The notes: generated by a model not told the origin, from the letters alone. A DNA stretch of 64,000 nt from Methanofastidiosum sp. (GCA_040771805.1 JAXGZJ010000001.1:830796-894795); one strand, 5' to 3'; positions 1 through 10,501 are shown, counted from the first letter of the stretch. Numbers and translations: made by a program.

Positions 1-11
1 TTTTCATTGAC

Positions 12-983
12 ATGGGGATAAATTATTCATTATCTAGGTATATAAAAGAAAAAATAATTATTCCTTTGGAAAAAATATCCAAGCATGCAGAAGAAGTTGG
101 TAAAGGTAATTTTAATATTAAAGTAGGTTTTGATGGTGAGGATGAAATAGCAATTCTTTCAAGACAAATGGATGAAATGGCTGAAAAATTAAAGAGAACT
201 TCTATGATTAGAGAGAACTTCAATAAAGCATTACAAATTGAGGTACAAAAAACAACAGAAAAACTTCAGGAAGCTTATGATCAGCTAAAAGATTCCGATA
301 AAGCAAAGAAAGACTTTATCGATGCAATAGCTCACGAACTATACAACCCATTAGCAATTATTAGCTTGAGTAATGAATATATTCAGTTAGATTCAATTGA
401 TCCCCATAACAAAAAAATGATTACTTCAATTCAAAGAAACATAAAACGATTAATCTATTTAGTTAAGGAAATTGAAGATTTTATAACAATAGATTTTCAA
501 GATCAAAAAATCAACATGGAAAAATTTAACCTTAAAGAAATGATAAATATTGTTACTCAGGATTTTAGTATTTTAGCTAGTAAAAAAAACATAGAATTAT
601 CCTTTACTTCAATCGGCCAAGATTTTTATTTAGAAGGAGACAAAAGCAAACTCACTAAAGTTTTTGTTAATTTAATCGAAAATGCGATTACTTTTTCAAA
701 TGAAGATGGAAAAATAAATATTACTATAGATGATAGGAAAGAAAATATTGAAGTAAAAATAGAAGATAATGGAATTGGAATAAGAAAAAAAGACATTAAA
801 TATATTTTTGAAAAATTCTATAGGGCAGAAGTTGATGATGTTATGAGACAAGGCATAGGTCTTGGACTTCCAATTGCAAGAAGTATTGTAACTAATCATG
901 ATGGAATAATTAATGTTAAATCCGAATATGGCAAAGGAAGCGTTTTTACAGTAATATTACCAAAAAAACATGTAGTATTATAA
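12..983 (+). CDS. Sensor histidine kinase, C-terminal part (HAMP-like linker, HisKA, HATPase_c); probably 5'-truncated by the window edge
   Basis: Phospho-acceptor motif AIAHELYNPL; ATP-binding motifs NLIENAITFS, DNGIGI, GLGLPIARSIV...GKGSVFTV; reading frame stays open to position 3. Confidence 0.8.
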   Translation: MGINYSLSRYIKEKIIIPLEKISKHAEEVGKGNFNIKVGFDGEDEIAILSRQMDEMAEKLKRTSMIRENFNKALQIEVQKTTEKLQEAYDQLKDSDKAKKDFIDAIAHELYNPLAIISLSNEYIQLDSIDPHNKKMITSIQRNIKRLIYLVKEIEDFITIDFQDQKINMEKFNLKEMINIVTQDFSILASKKNIELSFTSIGQDFYLEGDKSKLTKVFVNLIENAITFSNEDGKINITIDDRKENIEVKIEDNGIGIRKKDIKYIFEKFYRAEVDDVMRQGIGLGLPIARSIVTNHDGIINVKSEYGKGSVFTVILPKKHVVL

Positions 984-1170
984 CTTTTATAAAAACACAT
1001 CTGAAATAAGGAAAATAAAGTGGAAGTTACTGGTGCAAAACAAATTTTCATAAAATATAAAGAGTAAAATTTCTGTAAAAAAAACAACATCATATAAATA
1101 TCTCCAAATGAGTTGTATAAGATAAATTAATTATGGAAATGAAGGTATGGAATCAATATATATAATTCCA

Positions 1171-1890
1171 TTAATTCTTTAAAAAATCTTGGACCATATT
1201 TACAGTTTCTTTATATCCCTCGATCGGTATTTCTGCTATACTACCAATCTCTCCTTCAATTTTTAAAACTCCATGTATACCACAAAACATTCCTTCAGAA
1301 ACTTGTCCATAAAATTCTCGCGGAGGTAGTATAGAGACTGCGACAATATCCCCAGTTTTAACTGACATATCATTTGTTAAGACTGTGATTGCTCTTTTAA
1401 TATCCACATTACATACAAGAAGAGAATCTGAAATCTTCGAAACTGAAAGGATCTTTCCAACAATTGTGTCCACTCCATATCTATTGTCCTGTTTGATCCT
1501 TTTATCAAGAAAATATAATGTATTCATAGCAAAAATAATTTTAGCTATTCCCATTTTAGTAGATGTTTTATTTTCTTTTTTAGCATTAGAAAGAAAAGTG
1601 GTACTCCAGTTTTCTCCAAGCGCAGATTGAAGATTTTTTATTTTATCTTTAAGCGGAGAAGTCATTTCACCAATATTTTCTTTTTCAGCGTATGAAAATT
1701 TAATTGCCATAATATCTGATTTCATTAAATCAGAGAATTGTAATGCTTCTTTCTTTTTCCAAATTCCTTCAAATCTACTACTCTCAATAGTCTTCTTGAG
1801 TAGTTCTAAAGCTTTTTCAGCAACAAGTATATTTATGTTATTTTGAGTATCCATATTACTCACTGCAGGTATATATTCCATTTTTAGCAT
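1171..1890 (-). CDS. tRNA-binding (OB-fold, CsaA/Trbp111-like) domain protein
   Basis: C-terminal GKILSVSKI...LLVCNVD...VAVSILPP...SEGMFCG resembles the tRNA_bind domain of MetRS C-termini and CsaA. Confidence 0.5.
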   Translation of the reverse strand: MLKMEYIPAVSNMDTQNNINILVAEKALELLKKTIESSRFEGIWKKKEALQFSDLMKSDIMAIKFSYAEKENIGEMTSPLKDKIKNLQSALGENWSTTFLSNAKKENKTSTKMGIAKIIFAMNTLYFLDKRIKQDNRYGVDTIVGKILSVSKISDSLLVCNVDIKRAITVLTNDMSVKTGDIVAVSILPPREFYGQVSEGMFCGIHGVLKIEGEIGSIAEIPIEGYKETVNMVQDFLKN

Positions 1891-1961
1891 ATAACATATA
1901 TAAGGATACGTTATGATAATTCAATATTAAATCCATTTCAACATAATTAACTAAATCTAGC

Positions 1962-3077
1962 CTAGTAGTATTTAGTATTTTTAAACATATAAAAACTTGC
2001 TATTTTGGCTAGATAATAATTATTAAAAATCTTAAAATAAAGATTTCTGCTTTTTTTTGAATTATATAACTCAGGCAATAGTAAAAGATTCAAATTACCA
2101 ATATAATTTTCTCCCAATTTACCTTCATCTGTATAATCTTTTAATATTGCGTTTGCTGCTATTTCTGCACTTTTATGTGCATAATATATTCCCTCTCCAG
2201 TAATAGAATTGACAAATCCTGCTGCGTCTCCAACTAAAATTGTTTTTTTATAAATCGGCTTTTCAATATAATTTCCAAAAGGTATTGGATGACCTCTAAT
2301 TTTTTTGATAATAGAGTCTATAGTTTTTTTATCAAATCCTAACGAAATTAAGAAATCAATAAACATGTCATTAATACTATCATTGTTTATGTCTTTTAGT
2401 AAACCCCCAATGCCAATTATAGATTTATCCATATTAGGGAATATCCACGCATATCCATTTTTTATATACCCAAAATACAAATATATAATATTCTTTTCGA
2501 TGGGCAATTTTTTTTTGTCTATAGAAATCTCAAGCGTGATACCAAGATTATTTCTCCAAATATCCTTACAAATAATTCCATTGTTTTCAAATTCCTTCCT
2601 TACAATACTATTAGCACCATCAGCACCTACAATATATTTAGAAATTATTTTATTTCCTTTTGAAGTAAATAAAAAATTGGAATCCAAATCGACTTTTTTT
2701 ACAGTTTCATCCTGAATAAAAGTAGCACCTGAAGAAATAGCTTTATCTAGTAAGAAATTATCATAAACAGTTCTCTCAACAAAATATGTTGGGGTTTTGG
2801 AGTAATACTTCGCTAAAGTTTTTTCCCTAAACATAACTTGAAACATATTTGAAGAAAAATTTATTATTTTTTTGTTTAAGGATTCTTCAGTTTCATCGAA
2901 AATTTTTTCTAGCAATCTCACTGATTTTGAGGATAGAAGGCCACCACATAACTTATCTCTTGGAAAAGAGGATTTATCTATTATTATAACATTTAGTCCA
3001 AGTTTAGCTAAAACATATGCTGCAGTTGAACCTGCAGGGCCCGCACCAACGATCGCAACATCGGATTCATAATTCAT
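1962..3077 (-). CDS. Geranylgeranyl reductase family FAD-dependent oxidoreductase (archaeal lipid saturation)
   Basis: N-terminal Rossmann VAIVGAGPAGSTAAY...IIDK and PRDKLCGG motif typical of the GGR/FixC family. Confidence 0.8.
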   Translation of the reverse strand: MNYESDVAIVGAGPAGSTAAYVLAKLGLNVIIIDKSSFPRDKLCGGLLSSKSVRLLEKIFDETEESLNKKIINFSSNMFQVMFREKTLAKYYSKTPTYFVERTVYDNFLLDKAISSGATFIQDETVKKVDLDSNFLFTSKGNKIISKYIVGADGANSIVRKEFENNGIICKDIWRNNLGITLEISIDKKKLPIEKNIIYLYFGYIKNGYAWIFPNMDKSIIGIGGLLKDINNDSINDMFIDFLISLGFDKKTIDSIIKKIRGHPIPFGNYIEKPIYKKTILVGDAAGFVNSITGEGIYYAHKSAEIAANAILKDYTDEGKLGENYIGNLNLLLLPELYNSKKSRNLYFKIFNNYYLAKIASFYMFKNTKYY

Positions 3078-3130
3078 TTGATCATCTTTATAAACTGCGA
3101 GTAGAATTTGAATACTATCATTTTTGGTAC

Positions 3131-3880
3131 CTAACTAAAAATATTATCCTTTTTCAATCCCTTTTCCACTTCTTTGTATATTTTCTTCAATATTTCAATC
3201 CTATTTTTAGATTCCAATATACTCCTACCAACAACTATGATAGAGGCCCCATTAACAATTGCTTCTTCTGGCGTACATACTCTTTTTTGATCAGAAAATT
3301 TATCGTCTCTCAACCTAACACCAGGAGTAACATATAGAATTTTTCTATTAATATATGGTCTTAGAACATTAATATCTTTTGGAGAGCAAATTACTCCATC
3401 ACATCCGTTTTCTGAAGCTATTTTTGCATAGCTGACAAGAGCTGCGTCAAAAGATTTATCAATAAGTATGTCTTTAAGGGAATTCCTATCGTGGCTTGTG
3501 AGTATTGTTACTCCTAAAATCATTGGCCTTATTTTTCCATATTTAATGACACCATCATTTACCCCTCTAACGGCTGCTTGAATCATTTCACTTCCACCCA
3601 TTGAATGAATGGTGAACATTTTAATATTATGTTTAACTAACGCTTTTGAAGCATTTTTAACTGTATTTGGGATGTCATGAAATTTAAGATCTAAAAAAAC
3701 ATCTCTTTCAAAACTTTGTGGAATTTTAATCGAAGAAGTCCCTTCGGAAACAAATAACTCCTTTCCAATCTTATATGTTCCGACATATTCATAACTTTCT
3801 TTAATTATTTCTTTAGCTAAGGCTAACGAATCAACATCAAGCGCTAAACAAATCCTCTTTCGGACATCTTCTTTATTCAT
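3131..3880 (-). CDS. pyrF: Orotidine 5'-phosphate decarboxylase
   Basis: ICLALDVD and DLKFHDIPNT (DxKxxD) active-site motifs. Track ORF runs to 3925, but the internal Met (MNKEDV...) at 3880 reduces overlap with pyrE to 8 nt. Confidence 0.75.
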   Translation of the reverse strand: MNKEDVRKRICLALDVDSLALAKEIIKESYEYVGTYKIGKELFVSEGTSSIKIPQSFERDVFLDLKFHDIPNTVKNASKALVKHNIKMFTIHSMGGSEMIQAAVRGVNDGVIKYGKIRPMILGVTILTSHDRNSLKDILIDKSFDAALVSYAKIASENGCDGVICSPKDINVLRPYINRKILYVTPGVRLRDDKFSDQKRVCTPEEAIVNGASIIVVGRSILESKNRIEILKKIYKEVEKGLKKDNIFS

Positions 3881-4484
3881 GTCTTTTCCATTCCCATGGA
3901 TTCTTTCTCCATAATTCAATTTCACCCTTGGTATCGCCTAAACTATCGGATGCATGCTCAAGCAATCCCTCAAGTGTTAAAAGACTTTGAAATGGAACAT
4001 TTAGTTTCTGAAACATTTCTACAGACTCAGGAAATTGGTATGAGAATATTGAAAGCGCATTAAGAGAGTTGGCAGAAGATTCTTTTAGTAAATTGATTGC
4101 CCTTCCAATTGAACTACCAGTTGAAACAACGTCTTCAATAATGAGAATATTATCCCTAACATCAATATCTCCTTCGATGCTCTGTTTTTTCCCATAGCCC
4201 TTACTAGAGGATCTAACATATCCAAAAGGGAGATCGAGCCTATCAGAAAGCCATGCCCCCCATGATATCCCTCCTGTAGCAACTCCTAGTATACATTCAA
4301 TTCCCATATTGCTAATTTTTTCTAGAAATCCAAAAAGAATTATCTTCCTTTCTTTTGGGTAAGAGATCAATCTCCTCGTATCACAGTAAATTGGACTTTT
4401 TATTCCCGATGCGAAAGTGAATGGATCATTTGTGTTTATCTGAAAGCTTTTAGTTGAAAGAAGTACGTCGTAGAGCTTATTCAC
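3873..4484 (-). CDS. pyrE: Orotate phosphoribosyltransferase
   Basis: PRPP-binding motif ILIIEDVVSTGSS; size and operon position between pyrD and pyrF. Confidence 0.85.
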   Translation of the reverse strand: MNKLYDVLLSTKSFQINTNDPFTFASGIKSPIYCDTRRLISYPKERKIILFGFLEKISNMGIECILGVATGGISWGAWLSDRLDLPFGYVRSSSKGYGKKQSIEGDIDVRDNILIIEDVVSTGSSIGRAINLLKESSANSLNALSIFSYQFPESVEMFQKLNVPFQSLLTLEGLLEHASDSLGDTKGEIELWRKNPWEWKRHE

Positions 4485-5413
4485 TCTATCACCTTTAATT
4501 TCCCCCTAAAGTCATCTAAAGTGGTGTAGCCTTTTTTTCCCATTATTTGGCAAAGTTCTTTTGATATTCGTTCAAATATGGGGGGCCCTTCCTGGGAAAA
4601 CGAAGTTCCAAGTTGAAGTAAAGTTGCTCCAGAGAGAATAAATTCAAATGCATCAATCCCTGTATATATTCCACCCACACCTACAATTTTAATTTTTTTA
4701 TTCAATAGCTCGTGAAACTTCCGGACATTTGCTAAAGCCGTTGGCTTAATATATTTACCACCAAGTCCACCAAAACCACCTTTTGGCTTTATTACAACTT
4801 TTTCACTATTCCAATCTATAAAAAGGGCGTTACCAATAGAATTTATACTAACAATAAATGAGATTTTTGTATTATTAAGAATAGTTGCCATTTCTTCAAA
4901 ATGGATAAAATCAAAATACGGAGGCAATTTCACGCCCCATGGCTTTTCAGAAACATCACCTACAACATTCATTATCTCTTCTGACATTTCAAAATCATAT
5001 CCTATCTGAGGTTTCCCAACAACATTTGGGCAGGATAAATTAATTTCCAAAATATCTACGTTTGAAGAATTAAATGCTTCTACTATTTTTTTATACTCCT
5101 CACTAGCCACTCCTGCTATGCTTGCTATTAACGGCTTACCGTAGGACTTTAACTTTGGGACTATCTCGTTATAGTATTTGTAGCCAAGATTTGGCAAACC
5201 CATTGAATTTATTGAGCCCCACTCGATATCCATATATCTTGGAGAGGGATTACCTTCCCTTGCTTCAATTGTACATGACTTCATTACAACTCCTCCTGCT
5301 GCAGAAATTGCAATATCCACCAGTTCATCTAAAGTAGTATCCAAAGGCCCTGATGCATTCATTATGCAACTGTCAAAATGTATTCCTGAAAGATTTGCCG
5401 AAATATCTACCAT
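4481..5413 (-). CDS. pyrD: Dihydroorotate dehydrogenase, catalytic subunit (class 1)
   Basis: CIMNASGP, NLSCPN, GGLGGKYIKPTALANV and VGVGGI motifs of the class 1 DHODH TIM barrel; no pyrK seen adjacent. Confidence 0.85.
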   Translation of the reverse strand: MVDISANLSGIHFDSCIMNASGPLDTTLDELVDIAISAAGGVVMKSCTIEAREGNPSPRYMDIEWGSINSMGLPNLGYKYYNEIVPKLKSYGKPLIASIAGVASEEYKKIVEAFNSSNVDILEINLSCPNVVGKPQIGYDFEMSEEIMNVVGDVSEKPWGVKLPPYFDFIHFEEMATILNNTKISFIVSINSIGNALFIDWNSEKVVIKPKGGFGGLGGKYIKPTALANVRKFHELLNKKIKIVGVGGIYTGIDAFEFILSGATLLQLGTSFSQEGPPIFERISKELCQIMGKKGYTTLDDFRGKLKVIE

Positions 5414-5414
5414 T

Positions 5415-6323
5415 TTATTTCATTCCTAATATTTTTTTTGGATTAGTTATAGCCATCGTTTTTAATGCCTTTTCTGAGATGCCTTCTTTATTTAACAAGT
5501 TCATATATGTTTCAAGACATTCACTTGATGAAGGATTTTTTATTTGGCCTGCGTCAGAAGAGATTATGCAGTGTTCATAGCCTACCTCTTCAATATCTTT
5601 TTTTATTGTTTTAAGAGGATAGTCTTCTGGATGATCTCTATCTAGCCACATAACATAACAGTGCTCAATATAAGCTCCTTTTAATGCAAGTTCTTTTTGA
5701 ATTTCAATTGGCATATTGATATCTCTTTGCATTGGGTGAGTAACGATTGTGGGAATGCCCATTTTTAAAGCCTCTTTTGCTAGAACATAGCTTTCTTGCC
5801 ATGAAAGGTGTCCTGTTGCTAGAATACAATTATTTTCTTTTATTGCTTTAAGAACTCTAATACACTTTTCAAATAATTTAGAATTCCAATCTGTAACTTT
5901 TATGGCTTTAAGTTCAGATTTTAGTCTTGGCTTGAATTTTGGATCTCTTACCCACTCTGGGGGTATTTCATACTGACTATGATTTTTCAACAAATGATTT
6001 TCTGCATGTATTGTGGGAAACCACACTATTATTGGTGCACCTTTTGACATTGTTGCTGAAGCATATATTGCACTTGGATTAAATCCTCCCATGAAATAGT
6101 TTAAAGTAATTGAACCTATTAAAAAAGGAAATTCTGATTTTTTTTCAATTGTATTTATTGCGGATATTGTTGGAAATGCATGAGATTTTAATGCTATTCC
6201 AGTAATTTTTCCTTTTTCATTTTTCAAAAGGCTTTCAACTGTATCCTTTCTTGGAAGAATATCTGGGCCTATATGATAATGCATATCTATTGCATCTTTT
6301 ACTATTGAAGGAATTCCGGACAT
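5415..6323 (-). CDS. Metal-dependent TIM-barrel hydrolase (Amidohydro_2-like)
   Basis: N-terminal DMHYH metal-binding motif and C-terminal IISSDAG aspartate motif; stop overlaps the start of the upstream gene. Confidence 0.5.
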   Translation of the reverse strand: MSGIPSIVKDAIDMHYHIGPDILPRKDTVESLLKNEKGKITGIALKSHAFPTISAINTIEKKSEFPFLIGSITLNYFMGGFNPSAIYASATMSKGAPIIVWFPTIHAENHLLKNHSQYEIPPEWVRDPKFKPRLKSELKAIKVTDWNSKLFEKCIRVLKAIKENNCILATGHLSWQESYVLAKEALKMGIPTIVTHPMQRDINMPIEIQKELALKGAYIEHCYVMWLDRDHPEDYPLKTIKKDIEEVGYEHCIISSDAGQIKNPSSSECLETYMNLLNKEGISEKALKTMAITNPKKILGMK

Positions 6324-7564
6324 TAATTACCCCTCCTCTGAAGTTTATTCTCATCTAAAGACATAATATTTCCATTTTTTATTACACAAGGAATGATTTC
6401 ATCACTATTTAAGATATCAAGTTTTGACATAGCATCTGTAATTATTATATCCGCCTGTTTTCCTTCTTCTATTCCGTAATTTAATCCTAAAAGTTTTGCA
6501 CCATTTGTCGTTGCCATGGAAATAGCTCCGTCTATATACTCTCTTGTAGTCATCCTTGTTGCAGATATTAGCATATGAAGCTCACGTATCATGCTGCAGT
6601 TTCCAAATGGATAAAAGATGTCTCGTATATTGTCAGTCCCTATCGCGATGTTAATTCCATTGTCAAATAACTCTGTAACTCTGGTAATACTATTTGAAGG
6701 TCTCATCCAAAGGTCATTTATTTCTACAAACCTTGTAATCATGTTTGCACTTGGAGTCACTATGACGTTAATTCTTAATGATTTCATTTGTTCGATTATT
6801 TTTTTTGCTTTTTCTGTCGGCATTCTTGAAAGTGCTATTGCATGTGTTACAGTTACTCTGCCCTCATAATTTTCTTCCTTTGTCTTTTTTAGTACCTCGG
6901 GTAATATCGCTAGCCTAGGATCATTTGTTTCATCTACTTGGATGTCAAGCGCTTTATTGTACTGCTTTGCTAGTTCAAAAAGTATTTCAAGGTGTTTTTT
7001 TTCATTTCCTTTCTCTTCTACAAGTGGAAGCCCACCTACCACATCAGCACCTAGTTCGATTGCCTTTTCCATCAAATCTCTTTTTGCCTCGTCTACCACA
7101 CCTTCTTGTGGAAAAGCTGCTATTTCAATGTGAACCCTATCTTTATACTTTTCTTTTATACTTAGAAGTGATTTTATTGGTATTATTCCAGCCGTTGGAT
7201 CTACATCAACTTGAGTTCTTATTGCAGTTATACCTTTCGAAAGCATCCTTTCTATTGTATTAGTTGCCCTTTTTTCTATATCGCTCTTTGAGTAAGAACT
7301 TTTCAATTTTTTTAATAAAATCCTATTTTCTTCAAGAGATTTACCAAGATGATCTTCTGTCATTTTATCTAGAAGATTTGATTTATCGAGGTGGCTGTGG
7401 GAATTTACAAATCCACTTAAAACATAATGCTTGTTTGCATCTATGTTTTTGTTTCCACTTTTTAACTTACCTATCTTTTCAATTATTCCATTATTAATAC
7501 CAATATCAGTAATTGTAGTATCAGTTATTCTTGCATTTTTAATAACAAGATTAAATTCGCTCAA
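6323..7564 (-). CDS. Amidohydrolase, cytosine deaminase/chlorohydrolase-like
   Basis: FVNSHSHLD HxH metal site near N-terminus, IGTDN and conserved His further on; motif looks more CodA-like than dihydroorotase-like. Confidence 0.6.
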   Translation of the reverse strand: MSEFNLVIKNARITDTTITDIGINNGIIEKIGKLKSGNKNIDANKHYVLSGFVNSHSHLDKSNLLDKMTEDHLGKSLEENRILLKKLKSSYSKSDIEKRATNTIERMLSKGITAIRTQVDVDPTAGIIPIKSLLSIKEKYKDRVHIEIAAFPQEGVVDEAKRDLMEKAIELGADVVGGLPLVEEKGNEKKHLEILFELAKQYNKALDIQVDETNDPRLAILPEVLKKTKEENYEGRVTVTHAIALSRMPTEKAKKIIEQMKSLRINVIVTPSANMITRFVEINDLWMRPSNSITRVTELFDNGINIAIGTDNIRDIFYPFGNCSMIRELHMLISATRMTTREYIDGAISMATTNGAKLLGLNYGIEEGKQADIIITDAMSKLDILNSDEIIPCVIKNGNIMSLDENKLQRRGN

Positions 7565-7913
7565 ATTAAGTCCTCCTTTTACAAAGGAGGGAATAAGAAG
7601 AACTGTTATAAATTTTTTTATTTTTTACAGTCATTCCTATTAGAACCTTTCTTAATCAATCCAAAAATCATATATAAAGTTTTAGGTTTTGAATATTTTA
7701 TTATAGGATTGTTATTTAATTACGTGAGAAATACATTTAGAGATTTAGAAATCACATTATCTCTTTTGTAAGTTATGTCATTAGAGACTGCACGTTCTTT
7801 TAGACATACCTAGAAGGTTTAAGAACAATATTTATAAATCGAACATATATTTAGTAGTATTTGCGGATCAAAATCAATAACGATTTTTTGTTTTTTATAA
7901 TAAAGTTTGTGGG

Positions 7914-8834
7914 CTACTCACCGTTCATTTTTGAAATAGCCATCTCAAGATTATTATTTAATAATTCAATAGTGCCTTTTCTATAAGACAACTTTAAATC
8001 AGTTTCAGAGGATATTGTTTGGCATTTGCTTTTATAATCCATGCAATTAGAACAAATGTATTTTAATGCAACAATCTGCTTATAATTGGCTTCTCTTAGC
8101 AAATATTTTGTCATTTCTACAGCATCAAAATTTTCAATCCCTAATTTATCTCCAATTTCTTTCAGACGATTTTCTCCTATAGTCTCTATTTTTCTTTTAC
8201 TAAAAAGGCCCCAATGATTGGCGAAACCTGGAGTTAAAAAAAATGTACCTGGCTCTTTTGTTAATATTTCTATATAATTAGCTTTACTTCCTAAAAGAGC
8301 ACAAACACAATCATCAACTATTTCTTTATTTTCATCTTTTAAAATTCCAAAAGGTAATTTAATACGACTCTCTCTCAACATTTCCTCCAGATTGTTCAGC
8401 GAATTGCCGCATAATCCATAATAAATCAAAAGATAATCAGAATGTTTCTGTAACTCTATACAAGCACTCAAGACTTCTTCTTTTAATTCTCTTGGATCAT
8501 AATGGAGGAATAACGGCAAAATATATACTATGATTTCCAGTTCCTCTTCTCTTTTAAGATATCTTGGGGCAAATAATTCCCTAGCTATCCTTATTTTTTC
8601 ATAAGGAAAATTACTTCTAATAATATCCTCAAAATACTTTGAAGATTCTGTTTTTACGATAATTATTTTGTCTATTTCTGAGTGTTGCTTTATGACAAAT
8701 AGAAGTTCATCTTCAAATACTTCACAACAAACAATGCCAATTCGTTTGGAATTTTTTCCATTACTGTTCGATTCTAGAATCATATTACTAATCCCTTTAT
8801 TGTATTTATAATGATTAGATTTTATTAAATACAA
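7914..8834 (-). CDS. Cys-rich conserved hypothetical protein (possibly DUF1638-like)
   Basis: Long ORF with YGLCGN and CSNCMDYKSKC motifs; family assignment from memory only. Confidence 0.4.
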   Translation of the reverse strand: MYLIKSNHYKYNKGISNMILESNSNGKNSKRIGIVCCEVFEDELLFVIKQHSEIDKIIIVKTESSKYFEDIIRSNFPYEKIRIARELFAPRYLKREEELEIIVYILPLFLHYDPRELKEEVLSACIELQKHSDYLLIYYGLCGNSLNNLEEMLRESRIKLPFGILKDENKEIVDDCVCALLGSKANYIEILTKEPGTFFLTPGFANHWGLFSKRKIETIGENRLKEIGDKLGIENFDAVEMTKYLLREANYKQIVALKYICSNCMDYKSKCQTISSETDLKLSYRKGTIELLNNNLEMAISKMNGE

Positions 8835-8929
8835 GATAATGGCTACTGTTTTTATTATAATTTTTTTGATAGTTCGAAATATTTTTCTTATTTTCGAAGA
8901 TATATATTTTTGTATTAAGATCTAATCTA

Positions 8930-10501
8930 TTATACTAAATTATTTTTATTAACAATATTTTCAATATATTCTAATGTTACTTTCCTCACATAATCCTTTA
9001 ATATCGGAACAAATCTTATTGTTCCTGCACCTGGATGCCCCCCACCTTGGACTTCTTCTAAATATGCGCCTTTCAGCTGCCTTATTATATCATTAAGATT
9101 AAATCCAACATCTATTGCCTTATTTGTCGCACGAATCACAATATAGTCTTCTGCCATACCCAAACTAATCATGACTTTTTCATTTTCATTTATTTTGTTA
9201 TCAAAAATATGCATGTTATGTATGAATCCTAAAGTTCTACCAGGAGAAGGGAATTCCCCTCTGAAGATTAATTTATCGATATCTACCAAAATAATATCAA
9301 AATTATTTGCAAGGCTCTTCATTTCAAGATATTTTTTTATCAATGCCCATTGAGAGATTCTCTTTTTGTTTATTTCCTCTAATACGTAGTTTACAATTAA
9401 ATTTCCTCTATCCATATCGCCTATCTTCATTATATCTTCAATATAATTTTTTATACTAAATCTTCCAATATAGTAAGATTCGTGATCTAGAACTAGTTTT
9501 ATCTTTTCAAGCTCTTCTCTTTTGAAAGGAGAAATCTCGAGATATTGTTCCATTTCTTTACCTTTTGATTTATCTCCTATTCCTGCAAGAGCTGGTATAT
9601 GAATGCCATAGCTATCTATTTCAGAATCAATCATCCTCGAAAGTTCATAGGCTAGCATCCCCGTACAAAGATTAGAATCACCAGAATAAATATATGGATT
9701 TATGTGGAATGAAACATATTTATCAATTATGTATTCGCCATTATCGTTAATAGTGGGAGGGTGATGATCTATCACTCCAATTTCGAAATCATATGCTTTA
9801 GCCCTTAAAATTCCCCGTAAATCGCTGTCAGTGCTTCCATTATCAGCAATTATCAGTAATGGCTTTTTTTTAGAGAAGGAAAAATAAAGATCGATGTCTT
9901 TTAATGAATCTTCAAGATCGTAGTAAGGTGCTGCGCAAGGTTTTCTAAATACTTTGCACTCCTTCTTCTTTTCCTCATCTGCATAAGAGCTAATTGCTTT
10001 TTCAAGTATAACACCAGCAGATATACCATCACAATCATTGTGATGTCTAATTATGATCATTCTTTCCTGCAACACGGATTTCTTAATAGTTGTTAGTGCT
10101 GATAAAAATTGTCCTTCCATCTTTTTATAAATCTCAGATTTAACTAGGAAATCAGAAGCTTCTCTTTTAATTTTATCCAAAAACATATTTTCAATATTTT
10201 GTTTAATTAGATTCAATTCACTTTCATTGAGCCTTTCATATTTATTTATTTGTAACTCAATATTTTCTCGCCTAGTTGATAACACCCCATGAAATCTAAC
10301 ATAGTCTCCAATTTTTATGGCATAGAACTCTTCCTTTGGATTGAATATAACTGCTCTAATTTCACTACCATCGTTTACTCTAAAAACAAGCGGGCCACTT
10401 GTTTTGTAAATGTCTGTAATTTTTCCTTCAATGATTACAGATGTCCCTTCCATGTCAAAAGATATCTCGCTTATTTTTGTAGAATTGTTCTTAAGAGCCA
10501 T
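8930..10501 (-). CDS. DHH-family phosphoesterase with N-terminal OB-fold (archaeal RecJ/GAN-like nuclease)
   Basis: N-terminal OB-like segment, DHH motif region IIRHHNDCDGISAG, DHHA1-like C-terminus with GGGHPGAG. Confidence 0.65.
   Translation of the reverse strand: MALKNNSTKISEISFDMEGTSVIIEGKITDIYKTSGPLVFRVNDGSEIRAVIFNPKEEFYAIKIGDYVRFHGVLSTRRENIELQINKYERLNESELNLIKQNIENMFLDKIKREASDFLVKSEIYKKMEGQFLSALTTIKKSVLQERMIIIRHHNDCDGISAGVILEKAISSYADEEKKKECKVFRKPCAAPYYDLEDSLKDIDLYFSFSKKKPLLIIADNGSTDSDLRGILRAKAYDFEIGVIDHHPPTINDNGEYIIDKYVSFHINPYIYSGDSNLCTGMLAYELSRMIDSEIDSYGIHIPALAGIGDKSKGKEMEQYLEISPFKREELEKIKLVLDHESYYIGRFSIKNYIEDIMKIGDMDRGNLIVNYVLEEINKKRISQWALIKKYLEMKSLANNFDIILVDIDKLIFRGEFPSPGRTLGFIHNMHIFDNKINENEKVMISLGMAEDYIVIRATNKAIDVGFNLNDIIRQLKGAYLEEVQGGGHPGAGTIRFVPILKDYVRKVTLEYIENIVNKNNLV

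Noticed and set aside
23-1093. Track ORFs 23..223(-), 696..899(-) and 896..1093(-) antisense to or flanking the histidine kinase gene
   Set aside because: Low-complexity, Ile/Phe/Ser-rich translations typical of shadow frames in AT-rich DNA; they overlap a well-supported gene and have no motifs.
2305-3337. Plus-strand ORFs 2305..2715, 2872..3072 and 3017..3337 over the geranylgeranyl reductase and pyrF genes
   Set aside because: Antisense to genes with clear conserved motifs; hydrophobic low-complexity translations.
6323-7564. Possibility that the 413-aa amidohydrolase is dihydroorotase (pyrC)
   Set aside because: The metal-site motif reads HSHLD, closer to cytosine deaminase/chlorohydrolase than the dihydroorotase-type motif; left as generic amidohydrolase. 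This is tentative and a profile search could overturn it.
6618-7643. Plus-strand ORFs nested in the amidohydrolase gene (6618..6869, 6925..7263, 6942..7133, 7264..7497, 7431..7643)
   Set aside because: All are antisense shadow frames of a single motif-bearing minus-strand gene.
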